NCBI GenBank assembly: GCA_013151735.1
Contig: JAADHR010000179.1
Location: 12,656 to 76,655 of the forward strand
DNA length: 64,000 bases
From: Calditrichota bacterium
Lineage (GTDB): Bacteria; Zhuqueibacterota; JdFR-76; BMS3Abin05
Direction of reading: 5' to 3'
Shown here: in pieces, positions 1 to 10,625 of the stretch
Layout of the letters: every line of letters starts with the position of its first letter
How positions within the stretch are numbered: the first letter of the stretch is position 1
Translations under genes and position numbers: made by a program
Notes under the pieces: model-generated
What the model was told of the DNA's origin: nothing
Databases searched by the model: none
The model's input: only the letters and a program-made list of their open reading frames with translations

Positions 1-864
1 CACCGGTTTTAGGGTTTTCAGGGGAAGATAGAAAATGGATTCCTCATAATAGGTTTCCAGTTTTTCGTTGGAATCCGAAATGAAAACGAGATTCTTCCCA
101 TCCGGCGTCCAGTAAACGGACCGCTCGATGGCACCGTTGCGGGTGAGCTGTTCGATTTTATTCTGCCGAAAAGTGAACCGGTAAATTTCATTATGAATAT
201 CGTCATCCCGCAAGGCCGAAGGTGCGGCGATAAAGGCAATCTGAGAATTATCCGGTGAAAGAGCAAATGACCGGATCGAGAAATGTCCGTCGATGCATGG
301 AGATTCCTTTTTCGAAGCCAGATCAATTGACCATAAGTGCACGGGCTTTACATTGTGATCCACATAATAGGCATTTCCACGTGCGGCCTTTTGAGCCTTT
401 TCATTTTTACTGAGTGAATCGGCGGCCAGAAAATAGAGGGTTTTCCCATTCACAGCCCACGCATATTGCCGGATTCCGGTGGAATGGTGGGTCAGCTGCC
501 AGGCTTCGCCGCCATTTGCCGGCATGAGAAATATCTGGGTGGACCGGTTGCGGCTGCTGAGAAATGAAATCCACCGGCCGTCGGGTGAAAATTTTGCCGC
601 CCATTCTCCCTCGCGGCTAAACGTCAGCTGGGTTGTTTTCTTTGTGGAGATTTCGACACGATAAATGTGAGAGATACGTTTATTCTGTTTCCAATCCGAT
701 TCCGACGCCTGAAATACAATCCATTTTCCATCGGGGGACTGCACGGGAGAAGACACGCGTTTAAATCTAAAAATATCCTGAAACGTCATGGGGCGCTTTT
801 GTGTCTGGGCAAAGGCCAGTATCGGCACCAGGATTAGGAGTCCGGCTTTCAATAGTCTTCGCAT
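1..864 (-). CDS. Secreted beta-propeller (TolB/WD40-like) domain protein, probable N-terminal part of an S9-family peptidase. The 3' end runs off the window.
   Basis: Reverse-strand translation is one continuous frame from ATG at 864 to position 1 (MRRLLKAGLLILVPILAFAQ... signal peptide, then ...SPDGKWIVFQ...SPDGRWISFLSS...TPDGKNLVFISD... propeller repeats). It resembles the N-terminus of the S9 peptidase at 33358-35427. The listed ORFs 18-326 and 407-604 are in other frames. Confidence 0.6.
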   Translation of the reverse strand, partial: MRRLLKAGLLILVPILAFAQTQKRPMTFQDIFRFKRVSSPVQSPDGKWIVFQASESDWKQNKRISHIYRVEISTKKTTQLTFSREGEWAAKFSPDGRWISFLSSRNRSTQIFLMPANGGEAWQLTHHSTGIRQYAWAVNGKTLYFLAADSLSKNEKAQKAARGNAYYVDHNVKPVHLWSIDLASKKESPCIDGHFSIRSFALSPDNSQIAFIAAPSALRDDDIHNEIYRFTFRQNKIEQLTRNGAIERSVYWTPDGKNLVFISDSNEKLETYYEESIFYLPLKTLKPV

Positions 865-1247
865 GTGTGAGTCTCCCGAAAGGGTAAAAAATTATCTGTC
901 AAAAACTCTCTGAATAATAAAAAAGACAAAGGGCGAATTTTCCATTAATCAATTGTCTGAGCTATGTTAGCTCTTTTCTGATTTTAAAAATTAATATATT
1001 TGAATTAAAAATCAAGTTTAAATTTACAAACAAAAAGAATTAACAGAAATCTAACAATTGGTCCGATTAAAGGAAAAAGACGTTTAACACATCCCGGATT
1101 CTGCTTTCCGGGAGCCAAATCCAACAAGGAAACAGTAAAAATCAAAGACCTTGCAAGTGATCCAAAATTTTTGCATTTTATGATAATATAATGATCTTCT
1201 GGCATTTTTTGCTAACGTCTTTTTTAACGAATTGAATAATTGAATTA

Positions 1248-2594
1248 ATGGATACGTCTGAAAACATTTCGCCGCTGTTAAAATTAAGCGTTCACCGGGC
1301 CATATTTAAATTGGCCGTTCCCTCCATGGGCTCCATGCTTTTTATTACGCTTTTTGAACTGGTGGACATCTTTTGGGTGGGACATCTGGGAAAATCGGCA
1401 TTGGCAGCAATCAGTGGAAGCAGTTTCATTATTTGGGCTCTTTACGCCCTGGCGGAATTGGCGGCCTCCGGTTCTTTGGCTTTGATTTCACGGGAATTTG
1501 GGGTTCTTAATTTCAAAAAGGCTTCCTACTATGCCAATCAGGCCATTTGGCTGGTTATCCTGTTTGCGATTCCACTAACGATTCTGACGTATTTGTTTCG
1601 GTATTCACTGATTGGTTTCCTGGATTTGGAACCGGCGGTTGCGGCGCAGGCCGAAAGCTATTTACGGATTGTCTTTCTTTCCATGCTGATTATCTATTTG
1701 GTGTCTTTGTTTGATTCGTTTTTTCGTGCGGCCGGCGACACCCTTACCCCTATGGTGATTTTGATTGTGTTTGTGATCCTGAACGGTATTCTGGATCCGT
1801 TTTTTATCTTCGGCTGGTGGATTTTTCCCCGGATGGAATTGGAGGGAGCGGCGATTGCAACCGTGATTGCCCGCGTCCTTGGTGCCATTATTGCGTTTTA
1901 TTTCTTGAAAAGGAAGCATTTTCGCCTGACCTTGCTGGTGAGGCCGCTGGCTTCTGTTTTGTGGAAAATCATTAAAATCGGGTTTCCCGTTGCACTTGGG
2001 GGATTTACATTTAGTGTCGTGTATGTATTCCTTGCAAAAATTCTTTCTCATTTTGGAAGCGTCCCTTTGGCGGCTTTGGGAGTGGGCCACCGCATTGAGG
2101 GAATCGTTTATTTTGTCTGCCTGGGATTTTCGTTCTCCATTCAAACGCTGGTGGGGCAAAATCTGGGTGCCCGCCGATTGAACGAAGCTGAAAAAGCCGT
2201 GTGGTGGACCTTACTGTATGCCTCTGTTTCGGTGGTGATTTTTCTGCTTTTTTACATTTTTATTCCCGATAAGCTCATGGGCATTTTCACGTCTGATTCT
2301 GACGTTATTCGTGAAGGTGCCGCGTACCTGCGCATTATTTCGGTTTTTGAGATTTTCCTGGCCTGGGAATTGGTTTTTGAAGGTGCCTTTAGCGGGGCCG
2401 GCGATACGGTGCCGCCCATGTCAATTTCCATCCTGTTTACGCTTGCGCGTGTACCGCTGGCTTATTATCTGGCCATTCGTTTGGGATGGGGAACCCCTGG
2501 CGTCTGGTGGGCGATTGCCGTTTCCACAGGGATCAAAGGGGGGCTTATGGCGGGGTGGTTTAAAAGAGGCCGCTGGAGACTGAAGCGAATTTAA
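1248..2594 (+). CDS. MATE family multidrug/toxin efflux transporter
   Basis: 448 aa, about 12 predicted TM helices, typical MATE (NorM/DinF-like) length and hydrophobic pattern. Confidence 0.8.
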   Translation: MDTSENISPLLKLSVHRAIFKLAVPSMGSMLFITLFELVDIFWVGHLGKSALAAISGSSFIIWALYALAELAASGSLALISREFGVLNFKKASYYANQAIWLVILFAIPLTILTYLFRYSLIGFLDLEPAVAAQAESYLRIVFLSMLIIYLVSLFDSFFRAAGDTLTPMVILIVFVILNGILDPFFIFGWWIFPRMELEGAAIATVIARVLGAIIAFYFLKRKHFRLTLLVRPLASVLWKIIKIGFPVALGGFTFSVVYVFLAKILSHFGSVPLAALGVGHRIEGIVYFVCLGFSFSIQTLVGQNLGARRLNEAEKAVWWTLLYASVSVVIFLLFYIFIPDKLMGIFTSDSDVIREGAAYLRIISVFEIFLAWELVFEGAFSGAGDTVPPMSISILFTLARVPLAYYLAIRLGWGTPGVWWAIAVSTGIKGGLMAGWFKRGRWRLKRI

Positions 2595-2679
2595 TGTCCG
2601 ATTCCCCAAATAAATACTTGAAATCTCTGCCATTTCTGTCTAAATTATTTGAAAACTGACCCTAAAGTTAAAGCGCTTT

Positions 2680-5600
2680 ATGAAATCCCTTGAAAAACAA
2701 TTCATTCGAAAAATTCAAAATGTGACGTTTGCACTGGCAAAAGTGGAAACTCTGGACGAATTTGCGCGGTCTCTTGCGGATTTGTTTGTGTCCGAGTTTG
2801 GTTTCCATTCGTGCTGGATCGGATTGTGCGATTATGCCCGCATGGAGATTCTGCCCATCGCCATGTCCGGACCGGCTCAGAATTGTCTTTCGCTGGAGAG
2901 GATTCGATTTGACGATTCACCTCTGGGGCGGGGGATCATTGGCACCGTTGTGCGGGAAAAGAGACCCCAAATCTTTCAGAATATCCGGGAAAATAAGGAT
3001 TGCGGCTTTGTGCAGCAGGAAGCCCAGACAATCGGAATCGGGTCGCTGGCGGTTTTCCCTCTCATGACACGGGAAAAAACAATCGGTGTGGTCCTTTTAC
3101 GATCTCGGGAAAATGATATTTTTAGACATTTTGAAAGGGACCTTCTGGAGATTTTTCTGGGGGAAATGGCCGTCCTTATCGGTAATTTACGCCGAATGAG
3201 TTTTTTGGAGGGCCGGATGCGGGAGCAAACCGCATTAAATCTCGTAACGCAGACATTGAACTCCTCTCTGGAAAAAGATATTCCGGTTGTTCTGGATGAA
3301 ATTCTTCAGATTCTGACCAAAACAATTCCGATAAGTTTTGGAACGATCCATCTTATTCAGTTTGCCAATGATACTCTTGTTCTGATAAGTCAGAATAACA
3401 TTCCGGAGGCAATCCGCAACCGAATTAAAATCCTTCCAAAAAATAATGGCCTGTTTTGGGACATTGTGCAAAAGAGGCGTACGGCCTTCTTGAATCACCG
3501 GAAGAATCCCAATCTATTAATGAAAAATTGGCTGCAGGAATTGGAGGCAGGGGAGTACGCCATTATTCCGATTCAATTTCAAAATACGGCCTACGGGATA
3601 TTGACGGTAGGTTTTGATGCGATCAGCAATTTCCCCGAATCCAGGAAGAATTTTTTTGAAATGCTTGGCTTTCAGATTGGAATGGGACTATCAAATAGTG
3701 AAAATTTCAGAAAGGCTTCGGAAACGGCTCAACAATTGAGAATTGCCCGTGAAATAGATACGGCTATTTTGACATCCAGGAATCTCGAAGAAATTGGTGT
3801 TCAAATTACGGAAAGCCTGCAAAAATTGATTCCGGCCAAACAAATTTCTCTGGTCACGTACAACGAAAAAAGAAATCAGTTCCGTTTCGTCGCCTCGTCA
3901 CAGACCCATTCGAAAAAAGAGACTCAAAAGAATCGCATCCTGTTTAGTCCCGAAGCGTTTGAGGCTGTTTTCAAGAAAAAAAGAATATTTTACAACACGC
4001 GGATGAATCCAGCCATTCCTGAGGAGAACTATCTCTACACCCGGGGAACGCGTTCGGAGGTCATTGCCCCTTTGATTGTTCAAGAAAACGTAATCGGCAG
4101 TGTCCGTTTTGCATCGGATCGGGTCAGCGGGTTTTCGCAATCGGATATCCAATACATAAGTGAAATGGCTAAAAAGGTTTCTGTTGCCCTGTCAAACATT
4201 CAATTGTTCGAAGAGACCCAGCAAAAAGCAAAAGCGCTTGCGGAGAGAAGCCGGAATTTGGAAAATCTTCTGGTGCTTTCCCGCCAGTTAACCTCTACGT
4301 TTGAGATAAATGATATTTACAAGCATGTTGTAAAGCTTGCAAAATCAATATTTAAGGCGGATGCGGCTACGATTTTACAGCGAAATGAGTCGGGACAATT
4401 TATGGTTCGGGCAACGAGCGGTTTCCCCCGAAGTTTGGTTAATCACTTTAAACTAAATAGCCAGCATAATCTGTCTGAATTAACATTTCGCAAAAAAAGA
4501 ATAATCCAGGTCTACGATCTTCAAAAGGAAAATCGTTTTAGAGTTCCGGAAATTGTTTTGCAGAAGGGTTATCTTTCGGCCATGTCAGCACCCATTGCGA
4601 TTAAGGGAGATACCCTTGGAATTATGGTCATTCATTCGAAAAAGAAACGGCGATTTACCCGTGAAGAAAGCAGGATGTTTCAAAATATTTGCAACGAACT
4701 GGCCCTGGCTGTTGAAAATGCGAAAACCATTTTTTCCCTTCAGCAAAAGATGGAGAATTTAAAAGACATCCTGGAGATTAGCTCAAAATTTCTGGTTTCC
4801 ACGGATTTGAAAAAGATTCTGGGGGAATTGCTTGATATTATTTATGATCGCCTTCGGGTAAATGGGTGTGCCATCAGTCTTGTTTCCGATGATGAAAAAT
4901 CTTTACAGCTGATGGCCCAAAAAATTGAAAAACCCCTGTTTTCCTTTGGCGAGATTGATTCATTTTATCCCCTAAAGGATTTTGTTTTTGCTCAAAAGGC
5001 CGTTCAAGAGCGCCGGCTGGTGTATATCGAAAACATTTCAGATTATCCTGATTTAGCTGAATCAATCAGGGAGTTGCATAAAAAAATCGGGCTGGTTTCA
5101 ACGCTTGATGTACCGATGATTCACTCCAGACGCGTCTTGGGTATTCTTCATGTAAATCAGTACAAAACTGCGCGAAAATTCCAATCGGATGAGATTGAAT
5201 TTATACAAACTCTGGCCAATCAGGCGGCCATTGCCATTTTAAATGCAGAGCTCCTGTACAAGGAGCGGAAGGCTTACCAAGAGCTTCAGAAAACCCAGGA
5301 ACAACTTATTCAAGCCGAGAAGCTTTCAACCATCGGAAAATTATCGGCCGCCATTGCGCATGAAATTCGAAATCCCCTGGGGGCCATTTTAAATTCAATT
5401 GGTGTTCTGCGCCGGGACGTCCCGTTTGAAGGGGTTCATGAGGAGCTTATTCAAATTGTACTGGAAGAAACCGATCGCATTAAACAGATAATCGATGAAT
5501 TTCTGATTTTTGCACGTCCCAGAAAGCCCTCCCTGCAATATGTCAATCTGAAAAAGGAAATCAGAAACGAAACGGCGATTATTAAGAAAAATGGTGAACT

Positions 5601-5994
5601 TTTTAAAAAGATTCATTTCAGAATTTCCTGCTCAGACAACATTTTCGTTCGTGTGGATCCCCACCAGATTCGGGAGGTTTTTGAAAACGTGTTTATGAAT
5701 GCCGCACAAGCAATGAATGATGGAGGGAACATCTCCCTTTCCGTTCTGCCCAGCCGGTCGTTGCAGAAGGTGACGATTATTATTTCGGATACGGGAAGCG
5801 GGATTCCTCAAAAAATAATTGACCATGTGTTTGAACCATTTTTTTCTACAAAAAACAATGGCACAGGTTTGGGATTACCCATTGTAAAGCGGATTGTGGA
5901 GGATCATTCGGGAACAATTGATATAAAAAGCGTTTCCGGAAAAGGCACCCAAGTTATTATTACGTTACCCTGGGAAGATGATCAAAAGAATTAG
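2680..5994 (+). CDS. Multi-GAF-domain sensor histidine kinase
   Basis: 1104 aa. Several GAF-like segments. HisKA H-box (LSAAIAHEIRNPLGAI) and HATPase_c G-boxes (DTGSGIP...GTGLGLPIVKRIV) at the C-terminus. Confidence 0.85.
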   Translation: MKSLEKQFIRKIQNVTFALAKVETLDEFARSLADLFVSEFGFHSCWIGLCDYARMEILPIAMSGPAQNCLSLERIRFDDSPLGRGIIGTVVREKRPQIFQNIRENKDCGFVQQEAQTIGIGSLAVFPLMTREKTIGVVLLRSRENDIFRHFERDLLEIFLGEMAVLIGNLRRMSFLEGRMREQTALNLVTQTLNSSLEKDIPVVLDEILQILTKTIPISFGTIHLIQFANDTLVLISQNNIPEAIRNRIKILPKNNGLFWDIVQKRRTAFLNHRKNPNLLMKNWLQELEAGEYAIIPIQFQNTAYGILTVGFDAISNFPESRKNFFEMLGFQIGMGLSNSENFRKASETAQQLRIAREIDTAILTSRNLEEIGVQITESLQKLIPAKQISLVTYNEKRNQFRFVASSQTHSKKETQKNRILFSPEAFEAVFKKKRIFYNTRMNPAIPEENYLYTRGTRSEVIAPLIVQENVIGSVRFASDRVSGFSQSDIQYISEMAKKVSVALSNIQLFEETQQKAKALAERSRNLENLLVLSRQLTSTFEINDIYKHVVKLAKSIFKADAATILQRNESGQFMVRATSGFPRSLVNHFKLNSQHNLSELTFRKKRIIQVYDLQKENRFRVPEIVLQKGYLSAMSAPIAIKGDTLGIMVIHSKKKRRFTREESRMFQNICNELALAVENAKTIFSLQQKMENLKDILEISSKFLVSTDLKKILGELLDIIYDRLRVNGCAISLVSDDEKSLQLMAQKIEKPLFSFGEIDSFYPLKDFVFAQKAVQERRLVYIENISDYPDLAESIRELHKKIGLVSTLDVPMIHSRRVLGILHVNQYKTARKFQSDEIEFIQTLANQAAIAILNAELLYKERKAYQELQKTQEQLIQAEKLSTIGKLSAAIAHEIRNPLGAILNSIGVLRRDVPFEGVHEELIQIVLEETDRIKQIIDEFLIFARPRKPSLQYVNLKKEIRNETAIIKKNGELFKKIHFRISCSDNIFVRVDPHQIREVFENVFMNAAQAMNDGGNISLSVLPSRSLQKVTIIISDTGSGIPQKIIDHVFEPFFSTKNNGTGLGLPIVKRIVEDHSGTIDIKSVSGKGTQVIITLPWEDDQKN

Positions 5995-6030
5995 AAATTA
6001 TTGAAACCACGGAAGGAATGAGAATAAGGA

Positions 6031-7395
6031 ATGTCGAAAGTCTTAATTATTGAAGATGAAAAAAACCTTCGCCGGAGTCTTGCCATTACACTTCAAATGG
6101 ATAATCACCACGTTATCGAAGAGGGCACGGGTGAAAAGGGAATTGAATACCTGAAAACGAATCCCGTGGATTTGGTGATAACGGATCTTCGCCTTCCCGG
6201 AATGGATGGAATAGAGGTTCTGCAGCAAATTAAGCTGATTAATCGGGACACCGAAGTCATTGTGATGACCGCATTTGGGACTATTGAAAATGCCGTCAAA
6301 GCGATGCAAATGGGGGCTTTCGATTACGTGTCGAAACCCTTTCACGAAGACGAATTTCGGGTCAAGGTTCAGCGGGCACTGGAAAAAGCGGAACTGCGGC
6401 ACAAGGTTCGGAATCTGGAAAAAATAGTTCAGCATCACATCGGTTTTCAGAATATTGTCACGGTAAGTCCGGTTATGAAAAAAATATTGTCCCAGGTCCA
6501 GGCGATTGCTCCGACCGACAGCACCATTTATATTGGGGGAGAAAGTGGTACGGGCAAGGAATTGATTGCGTCCGCCATTCACCGGTTGAGCCGCCGAAAA
6601 GATAAAGCCTTTATTCCGGTTAATTGCGGAGCTATTCCCGAAAACCTCCTGGAAAGTGAATTATTCGGTCATGTCAGGGGGGCTTTTACAGGTGCCATTT
6701 CTGATAAAAAAGGGCTTATTGAACAGGCTGATGGAGGGACGCTTTTTCTGGATGAAATAGGAGAGGCCTCGCCGGGGGTGCAGGTGCGTTTGCTTCGGTT
6801 TTTGGAAAATGGGGAAATCAGACGTGTGGGCGGCACGAGCGTGCATTATGCGGATGTCCGGTTAATAACCGCAACCAATCGTAATTTGGAAGAGGCCGTT
6901 CGAAACGGAAAATTCCGGGAGGATCTGTTCTATCGCATTCATGTGATTCCCCTTTATTTGCCTCCGCTTCGGGAACGGAAAGAAGATATTCCTGTATTGG
7001 CCCATTATTTTATGAAAAAGTACAGCAAACGCTTTCATAAGCCGCTGACGCATATCGAGGCGGATGTATTTAACGTTCTTTTGTCTCATTCCTGGAGCGG
7101 AAATGTGCGGGAATTGGAAAATGTGATGGAATATGCCTGCACCTTCGCCACATCATCCAAAATTACGGTGGAAAACTTGCCGCAAACATTGAAAAAGCCG
7201 GTTTGGCAGGAAATTGAAAAAAACGGCCGGAATAATAGAAGTCTTGAAGAAGTTGAACGGTGTTATATTTTACATGTTCTTGAAAAAAACAATTGGCATC
7301 AAAAAAAGGCCTGCCATATTTTGGGCATTTCAAAAACAACCCTGTACCGTCGCCTGAAAGAATATGGGGTCTCTCCGCAAAAATTAAAATCCTGA
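6031..7395 (+). CDS. Sigma-54-dependent response regulator (NtrC/AtoC family)
   Basis: REC domain (DLVITDLRLPGMDG), AAA+ sigma-54 activator motifs (GESGTGKELIA, GAFTGA, ESELFGH), C-terminal Fis-type HTH. Confidence 0.9.
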   Translation: MSKVLIIEDEKNLRRSLAITLQMDNHHVIEEGTGEKGIEYLKTNPVDLVITDLRLPGMDGIEVLQQIKLINRDTEVIVMTAFGTIENAVKAMQMGAFDYVSKPFHEDEFRVKVQRALEKAELRHKVRNLEKIVQHHIGFQNIVTVSPVMKKILSQVQAIAPTDSTIYIGGESGTGKELIASAIHRLSRRKDKAFIPVNCGAIPENLLESELFGHVRGAFTGAISDKKGLIEQADGGTLFLDEIGEASPGVQVRLLRFLENGEIRRVGGTSVHYADVRLITATNRNLEEAVRNGKFREDLFYRIHVIPLYLPPLRERKEDIPVLAHYFMKKYSKRFHKPLTHIEADVFNVLLSHSWSGNVRELENVMEYACTFATSSKITVENLPQTLKKPVWQEIEKNGRNNRSLEEVERCYILHVLEKNNWHQKKACHILGISKTTLYRRLKEYGVSPQKLKS

Positions 7396-7523
7396 AACGT
7401 TTCAAAATGAACCCACGGTCTATTTCATATTGAACTATCCGGGGAAATTGTTGTGCCATGACGGCATCCTTTGGAACCCCATATTGTCTTAACATCAATA
7501 GAAATAATGTGATTCTTGCTCTC

Positions 7524-7540
7524 CTGGTTTTTTGGCACGC
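7524..7540 (+). promoter_or_regulatory. Candidate sigma-54 (-24/-12) promoter
   Basis: TGGCACGcgaaTTGTa matches the TGGCACG-N4-TTGC(A/T) consensus with one mismatch. Lies between the NtrC-like regulator gene and the orphan REC gene. Confidence 0.35.
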
Positions 7541-7712
7541 GAATTGTATAATAGATTAGAAAAGAGGGCTGCTGCACAATTTTGTGGTGGGTCAAAAAAA
7601 GCCTCCTTTATTGTGTGGTGAGTGGTGTGTGACGAGGAATAATAAAGGTCGTGTGAGGTGTGGCTAAGCAGCAGCCTTCTTGTTTTTTATGATTGATTGA
7701 AGGTGTGAGAGA

Positions 7713-8081
7713 GTGTTGAAGCGGATTTTGGTGGTTGATGGCGACGATAATTTTCGGCGTTCTTTGCGAATTGAATTGGAAGAGAAGGGCTACCTTGTTG
7801 AAGAAGTTAGCTCCTATTTAGAGGCTGAGAAGACGCTTGCCAATCGCTCGTTTGACTATGTTCTTATTGATATCGAACCCATTTTGCAGGAAGGAATCGA
7901 GCTGGCCGAGTTTATTATGCTGGCCTATCCGGAAACGAATGTTGCGTTTATGTCGTCGTATAATTATTCGGAGTTCTATTCAGACACTTTCTTAATGAGT
8001 AAAACCCCGTTTTTCGTAAAACCTTTTGATGTTTTGGAGTTGACAAAAATATTGAGTTCACTTGAAATAATTGAACACTAA
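7713..8081 (+). CDS. Stand-alone receiver (REC) domain protein
   Basis: 122 aa; LVVDGDDNFRRSL...DYVLIDIEP... CheY-like fold pattern with no output domain. Confidence 0.7.
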   Translation: MLKRILVVDGDDNFRRSLRIELEEKGYLVEEVSSYLEAEKTLANRSFDYVLIDIEPILQEGIELAEFIMLAYPETNVAFMSSYNYSEFYSDTFLMSKTPFFVKPFDVLELTKILSSLEIIEH

Positions 8082-8110
8082 AGATTTCCCCTAACCCAAC
8101 CAACCCAATG

Positions 8111-8150
8111 AGCCAGGGCAGATTCGTTCTCCCTGGCTTTTTGGTTTTTA
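8111..8150 (+). terminator. Rho-independent terminator
   Basis: AGCCAGGG-12 nt-CCCTGGCT hairpin followed by TTTTTGGTTTTT. Confidence 0.5.
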
Positions 8151-8175
8151 TTAGCTGCTGTTATGCTCGCAGATT

Positions 8176-8589
8176 TTATTCCCCCATGACCTTTATAATG
8201 ACCCGTTTTCTTCGCTGGCCGTCAAATTCCGCATAATAAACCTGTTGCCATGGGCCGAAATCAAGCCGCCCATCCGTTACAGGAATAATGACCTGATGAT
8301 GGACCAAAAGACTCTTAAGGTGCGCATCTCCATTGGTTTCGCCCGTTCGGTGGTGCCGGTAATCCGCACGATAGGGGGCAAGGCCTTCTAACCATTGATC
8401 AATGTCCTGAATAAGTCCGGATTCTGCATCGTTGACATAAACACCGGCCGTAATGTGCATGGCCGAAACGAGAATCATGCCCTCCCGAATTCCGCTTTTT
8501 TGCAAGGCTTCTTCCACCTGGGGTGTAATATTTATGTATTCCCGATGCTTTTTTGTTTGAAACCAGAGATATTCCGTGTGAAACTTCAT
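8176..8589 (-). CDS. yjbQ: YjbQ/UPF0047 family protein (secondary thiamine-phosphate synthase-like)
   Basis: 137 aa; the motifs ...[18 protein letters not shown]...[20 protein letters not shown]... are typical of UPF0047. Confidence 0.8.
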   Translation of the reverse strand: MKFHTEYLWFQTKKHREYINITPQVEEALQKSGIREGMILVSAMHITAGVYVNDAESGLIQDIDQWLEGLAPYRADYRHHRTGETNGDAHLKSLLVHHQVIIPVTDGRLDFGPWQQVYYAEFDGQRRKRVIIKVMGE

Positions 8590-8840
8590 AATCAGCCTCC
8601 TGTAAATTATTTAGCGTTTACCCAACGGTTTCGAATGACGTTCAAATAGCGGATTATTTTAATTGTAATAACCTTCGTAACTTAGGGCCCTCGTGGCAAA
8701 AATTTATGAATAATGCAGGTTAAAATCAAGGCAAATATTTTTCTTGTATCTTTTCGACAAATTACTTAAATTAGCACCCGATTACAGGACGACGCATTCC
8801 AAAGAGGGTCTGTTGAAAGATGTACAGGGAGAAGGAAAAA

Positions 8841-9572
8841 ATGGACGTACTTATTTTTGATTCAAAAGAAGAGATGGGGAAAGAAGCGGCCCAAAAGGGG
8901 GCTGACTTCATCCGGGATGCCATTGCTGAAAAGGGCGAGGCAAATATTATTCTGGCGACGGGTGCCTCCCAGTTTGAAATGCTTTCGTTTTTGGTTCAGG
9001 AAGATGTCGATTGGACCAGGGTTACCGCCTTTCATCTGGATGAGTATATTGGTTTGTCCGCTTCGCATCCGGCGTCCTTTCGGAAATACCTGAAAGAGCG
9101 ATTTGCCGATAAGGTCCCGATTAAAAAATTCCATTATGTCAATGGCGAGGGGAACCCGGAAGAAGAATGCAAACGACTGGGAGAAATCATTTCGAAACAC
9201 CCAATCGATGTTGCGTTCGTGGGGATTGGGGAAAACGGGCATTTGGCCTTTAATGATCCCCCTGCAGATTTTGAAACGGAAGAACCCTACATTATCGTAA
9301 ATTTGGATGATGAGTGCCGGCGCCAGCAACTGGGTGAGGGGTGGTTTGCTTCTCTGGATGACGTTCCCCGACAGGCCATCAGCATGTCGATCCGGCAGAT
9401 TTTAAAATCGAAAGCCATTATTTGTACAGTTCCCGATTTGCGAAAAGCGGAGGCCGTGAAGAAAACCCTTGAAGGGCCCATTACAAACCGCGTTCCGGCT
9501 TCCATTCTGCGGCAACATCCTCAGGCCTTTCTTTTTCTGGATAAAAATTCGGCCTCGCTTTTAACCGTTTAA
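8841..9572 (+). CDS. nagB: Glucosamine-6-phosphate deaminase
   Basis: ILATGASQ...FHLDEYIGL...[21 protein letters not shown] motifs. Start taken at the second ATG (MDVLIF), which is preceded by GGAGAAGGA. Confidence 0.85.
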   Translation: MDVLIFDSKEEMGKEAAQKGADFIRDAIAEKGEANIILATGASQFEMLSFLVQEDVDWTRVTAFHLDEYIGLSASHPASFRKYLKERFADKVPIKKFHYVNGEGNPEEECKRLGEIISKHPIDVAFVGIGENGHLAFNDPPADFETEEPYIIVNLDDECRRQQLGEGWFASLDDVPRQAISMSIRQILKSKAIICTVPDLRKAEAVKKTLEGPITNRVPASILRQHPQAFLFLDKNSASLLTV

Positions 9573-9631
9573 TGCGTGGCCCGTATGGCGGCAGTAAGTC
9601 GTGGTTCTGTTGAATAAATGGGTGGTTTTAA

Positions 9632-10618
9632 ATGAAAAGATTTCTTCCATTTTTTATTCTGATTTTTTTGTTTTATTCCCTTTATGGCAGTGAAAAAAAT
9701 CTCCGGACCATTACGCACGAAAGCCGTTATCTAAAAAAATCGGTGTCGTTCATCATCTATTTACCGAATGATTATCAGACCACACAAAAGCATTACCCGG
9801 TGCTTTATTTGCTTCATGGGGCGTACGGGTGCTATCGGGACTGGGTTGAAAAAACAGATGTTGAAAATCTGGCTGACCACTATGATTTTATCCTTGTTTT
9901 TCCCGATGGAAATCCGTTTGGCTGGTATGTGGACAGTCCTCTTGATTCGGCCTCCCAATACGAAAGCTACATCGTAAAGGAACTGATTCCCTACGTGGAT
10001 CACCATTTTCGAACCCGCGCGGATCGCTGGCATCGGGGAATTTGCGGACTCAGCATGGGGGGCCACGGGGCCATTTCGCTGGCGGAAAAGCATCCCGACC
10101 TTTTTGGTTCGGCTTCGTCGCTCAGCGGCATACTGGATATTACGCAGCATCCGCATCAGTGGCATATTGCCGACCGGCTGGGACCCTACTCCGAATTTCC
10201 GAAACGCTGGAAAGCCAATAGCTGTTATTATCTGGCTCCAAAATTGGTCGGAGCACACGTTGCCCTTTTGTTTGATGTCGGACGATCCGATTTTTCGTAT
10301 CCTGAAAATGTCCGGTTTCATTTGAGATTGGATTCCCTCGGTGTGAAGCATATTTTTGAGGTTTATGAAGGATCCCACAATTGGACGTATTGGGGACGTC
10401 ACATTGGCGAACATCTGGCATTTCATAACAAAATCTTCCTCGAAAAAAAATCGGGTGAAGTTAAAATTTCAGGAAGGATTGAGAAAGAGGGAGCACTTAT
10501 TGCTCTGTTGGTGCTCTTTTATTTGCTGTATCAGATGGGGCGAAAGAAGTCCCGATCGGTTCGCGAACGTCGCCGGGAGGTGCTGGATCGAATCAAAAAA
10601 AATCGTGAACGCCGGTAA
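9632..10618 (+). CDS. Esterase-family alpha/beta hydrolase (esterase D / enterochelin-esterase-like) with signal peptide and a C-terminal TM plus basic tail
   Basis: PVLYLLHG...GLSMGGHGA nucleophile elbow. N-terminal signal peptide. Hydrophobic segment followed by an R/K-rich tail. Confidence 0.7.
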   Translation: MKRFLPFFILIFLFYSLYGSEKNLRTITHESRYLKKSVSFIIYLPNDYQTTQKHYPVLYLLHGAYGCYRDWVEKTDVENLADHYDFILVFPDGNPFGWYVDSPLDSASQYESYIVKELIPYVDHHFRTRADRWHRGICGLSMGGHGAISLAEKHPDLFGSASSLSGILDITQHPHQWHIADRLGPYSEFPKRWKANSCYYLAPKLVGAHVALLFDVGRSDFSYPENVRFHLRLDSLGVKHIFEVYEGSHNWTYWGRHIGEHLAFHNKIFLEKKSGEVKISGRIEKEGALIALLVLFYLLYQMGRKKSRSVRERRREVLDRIKKNRERR

Positions 10619-10625
10619 AAAAATC

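Noticed and set aside
18-604. Listed minus-strand ORFs 18-326 and 407-604
   Set aside because: Their translations are low-complexity and sit in the two wrong frames. The third minus-strand frame is open from 864 to 1 and encodes a coherent signal-peptide beta-propeller protein, so these are shadow ORFs rather than evidence of frameshifts or a pseudogene.
1662-2594. Antisense and alternate-frame ORFs inside the MATE gene (1662-2159, 1694-1888, 2311-2583, 2421-2633)
   Set aside because: They are embedded in a strongly supported 448-aa transporter ORF. The products are basic or low-complexity and read like typical shadow ORFs.
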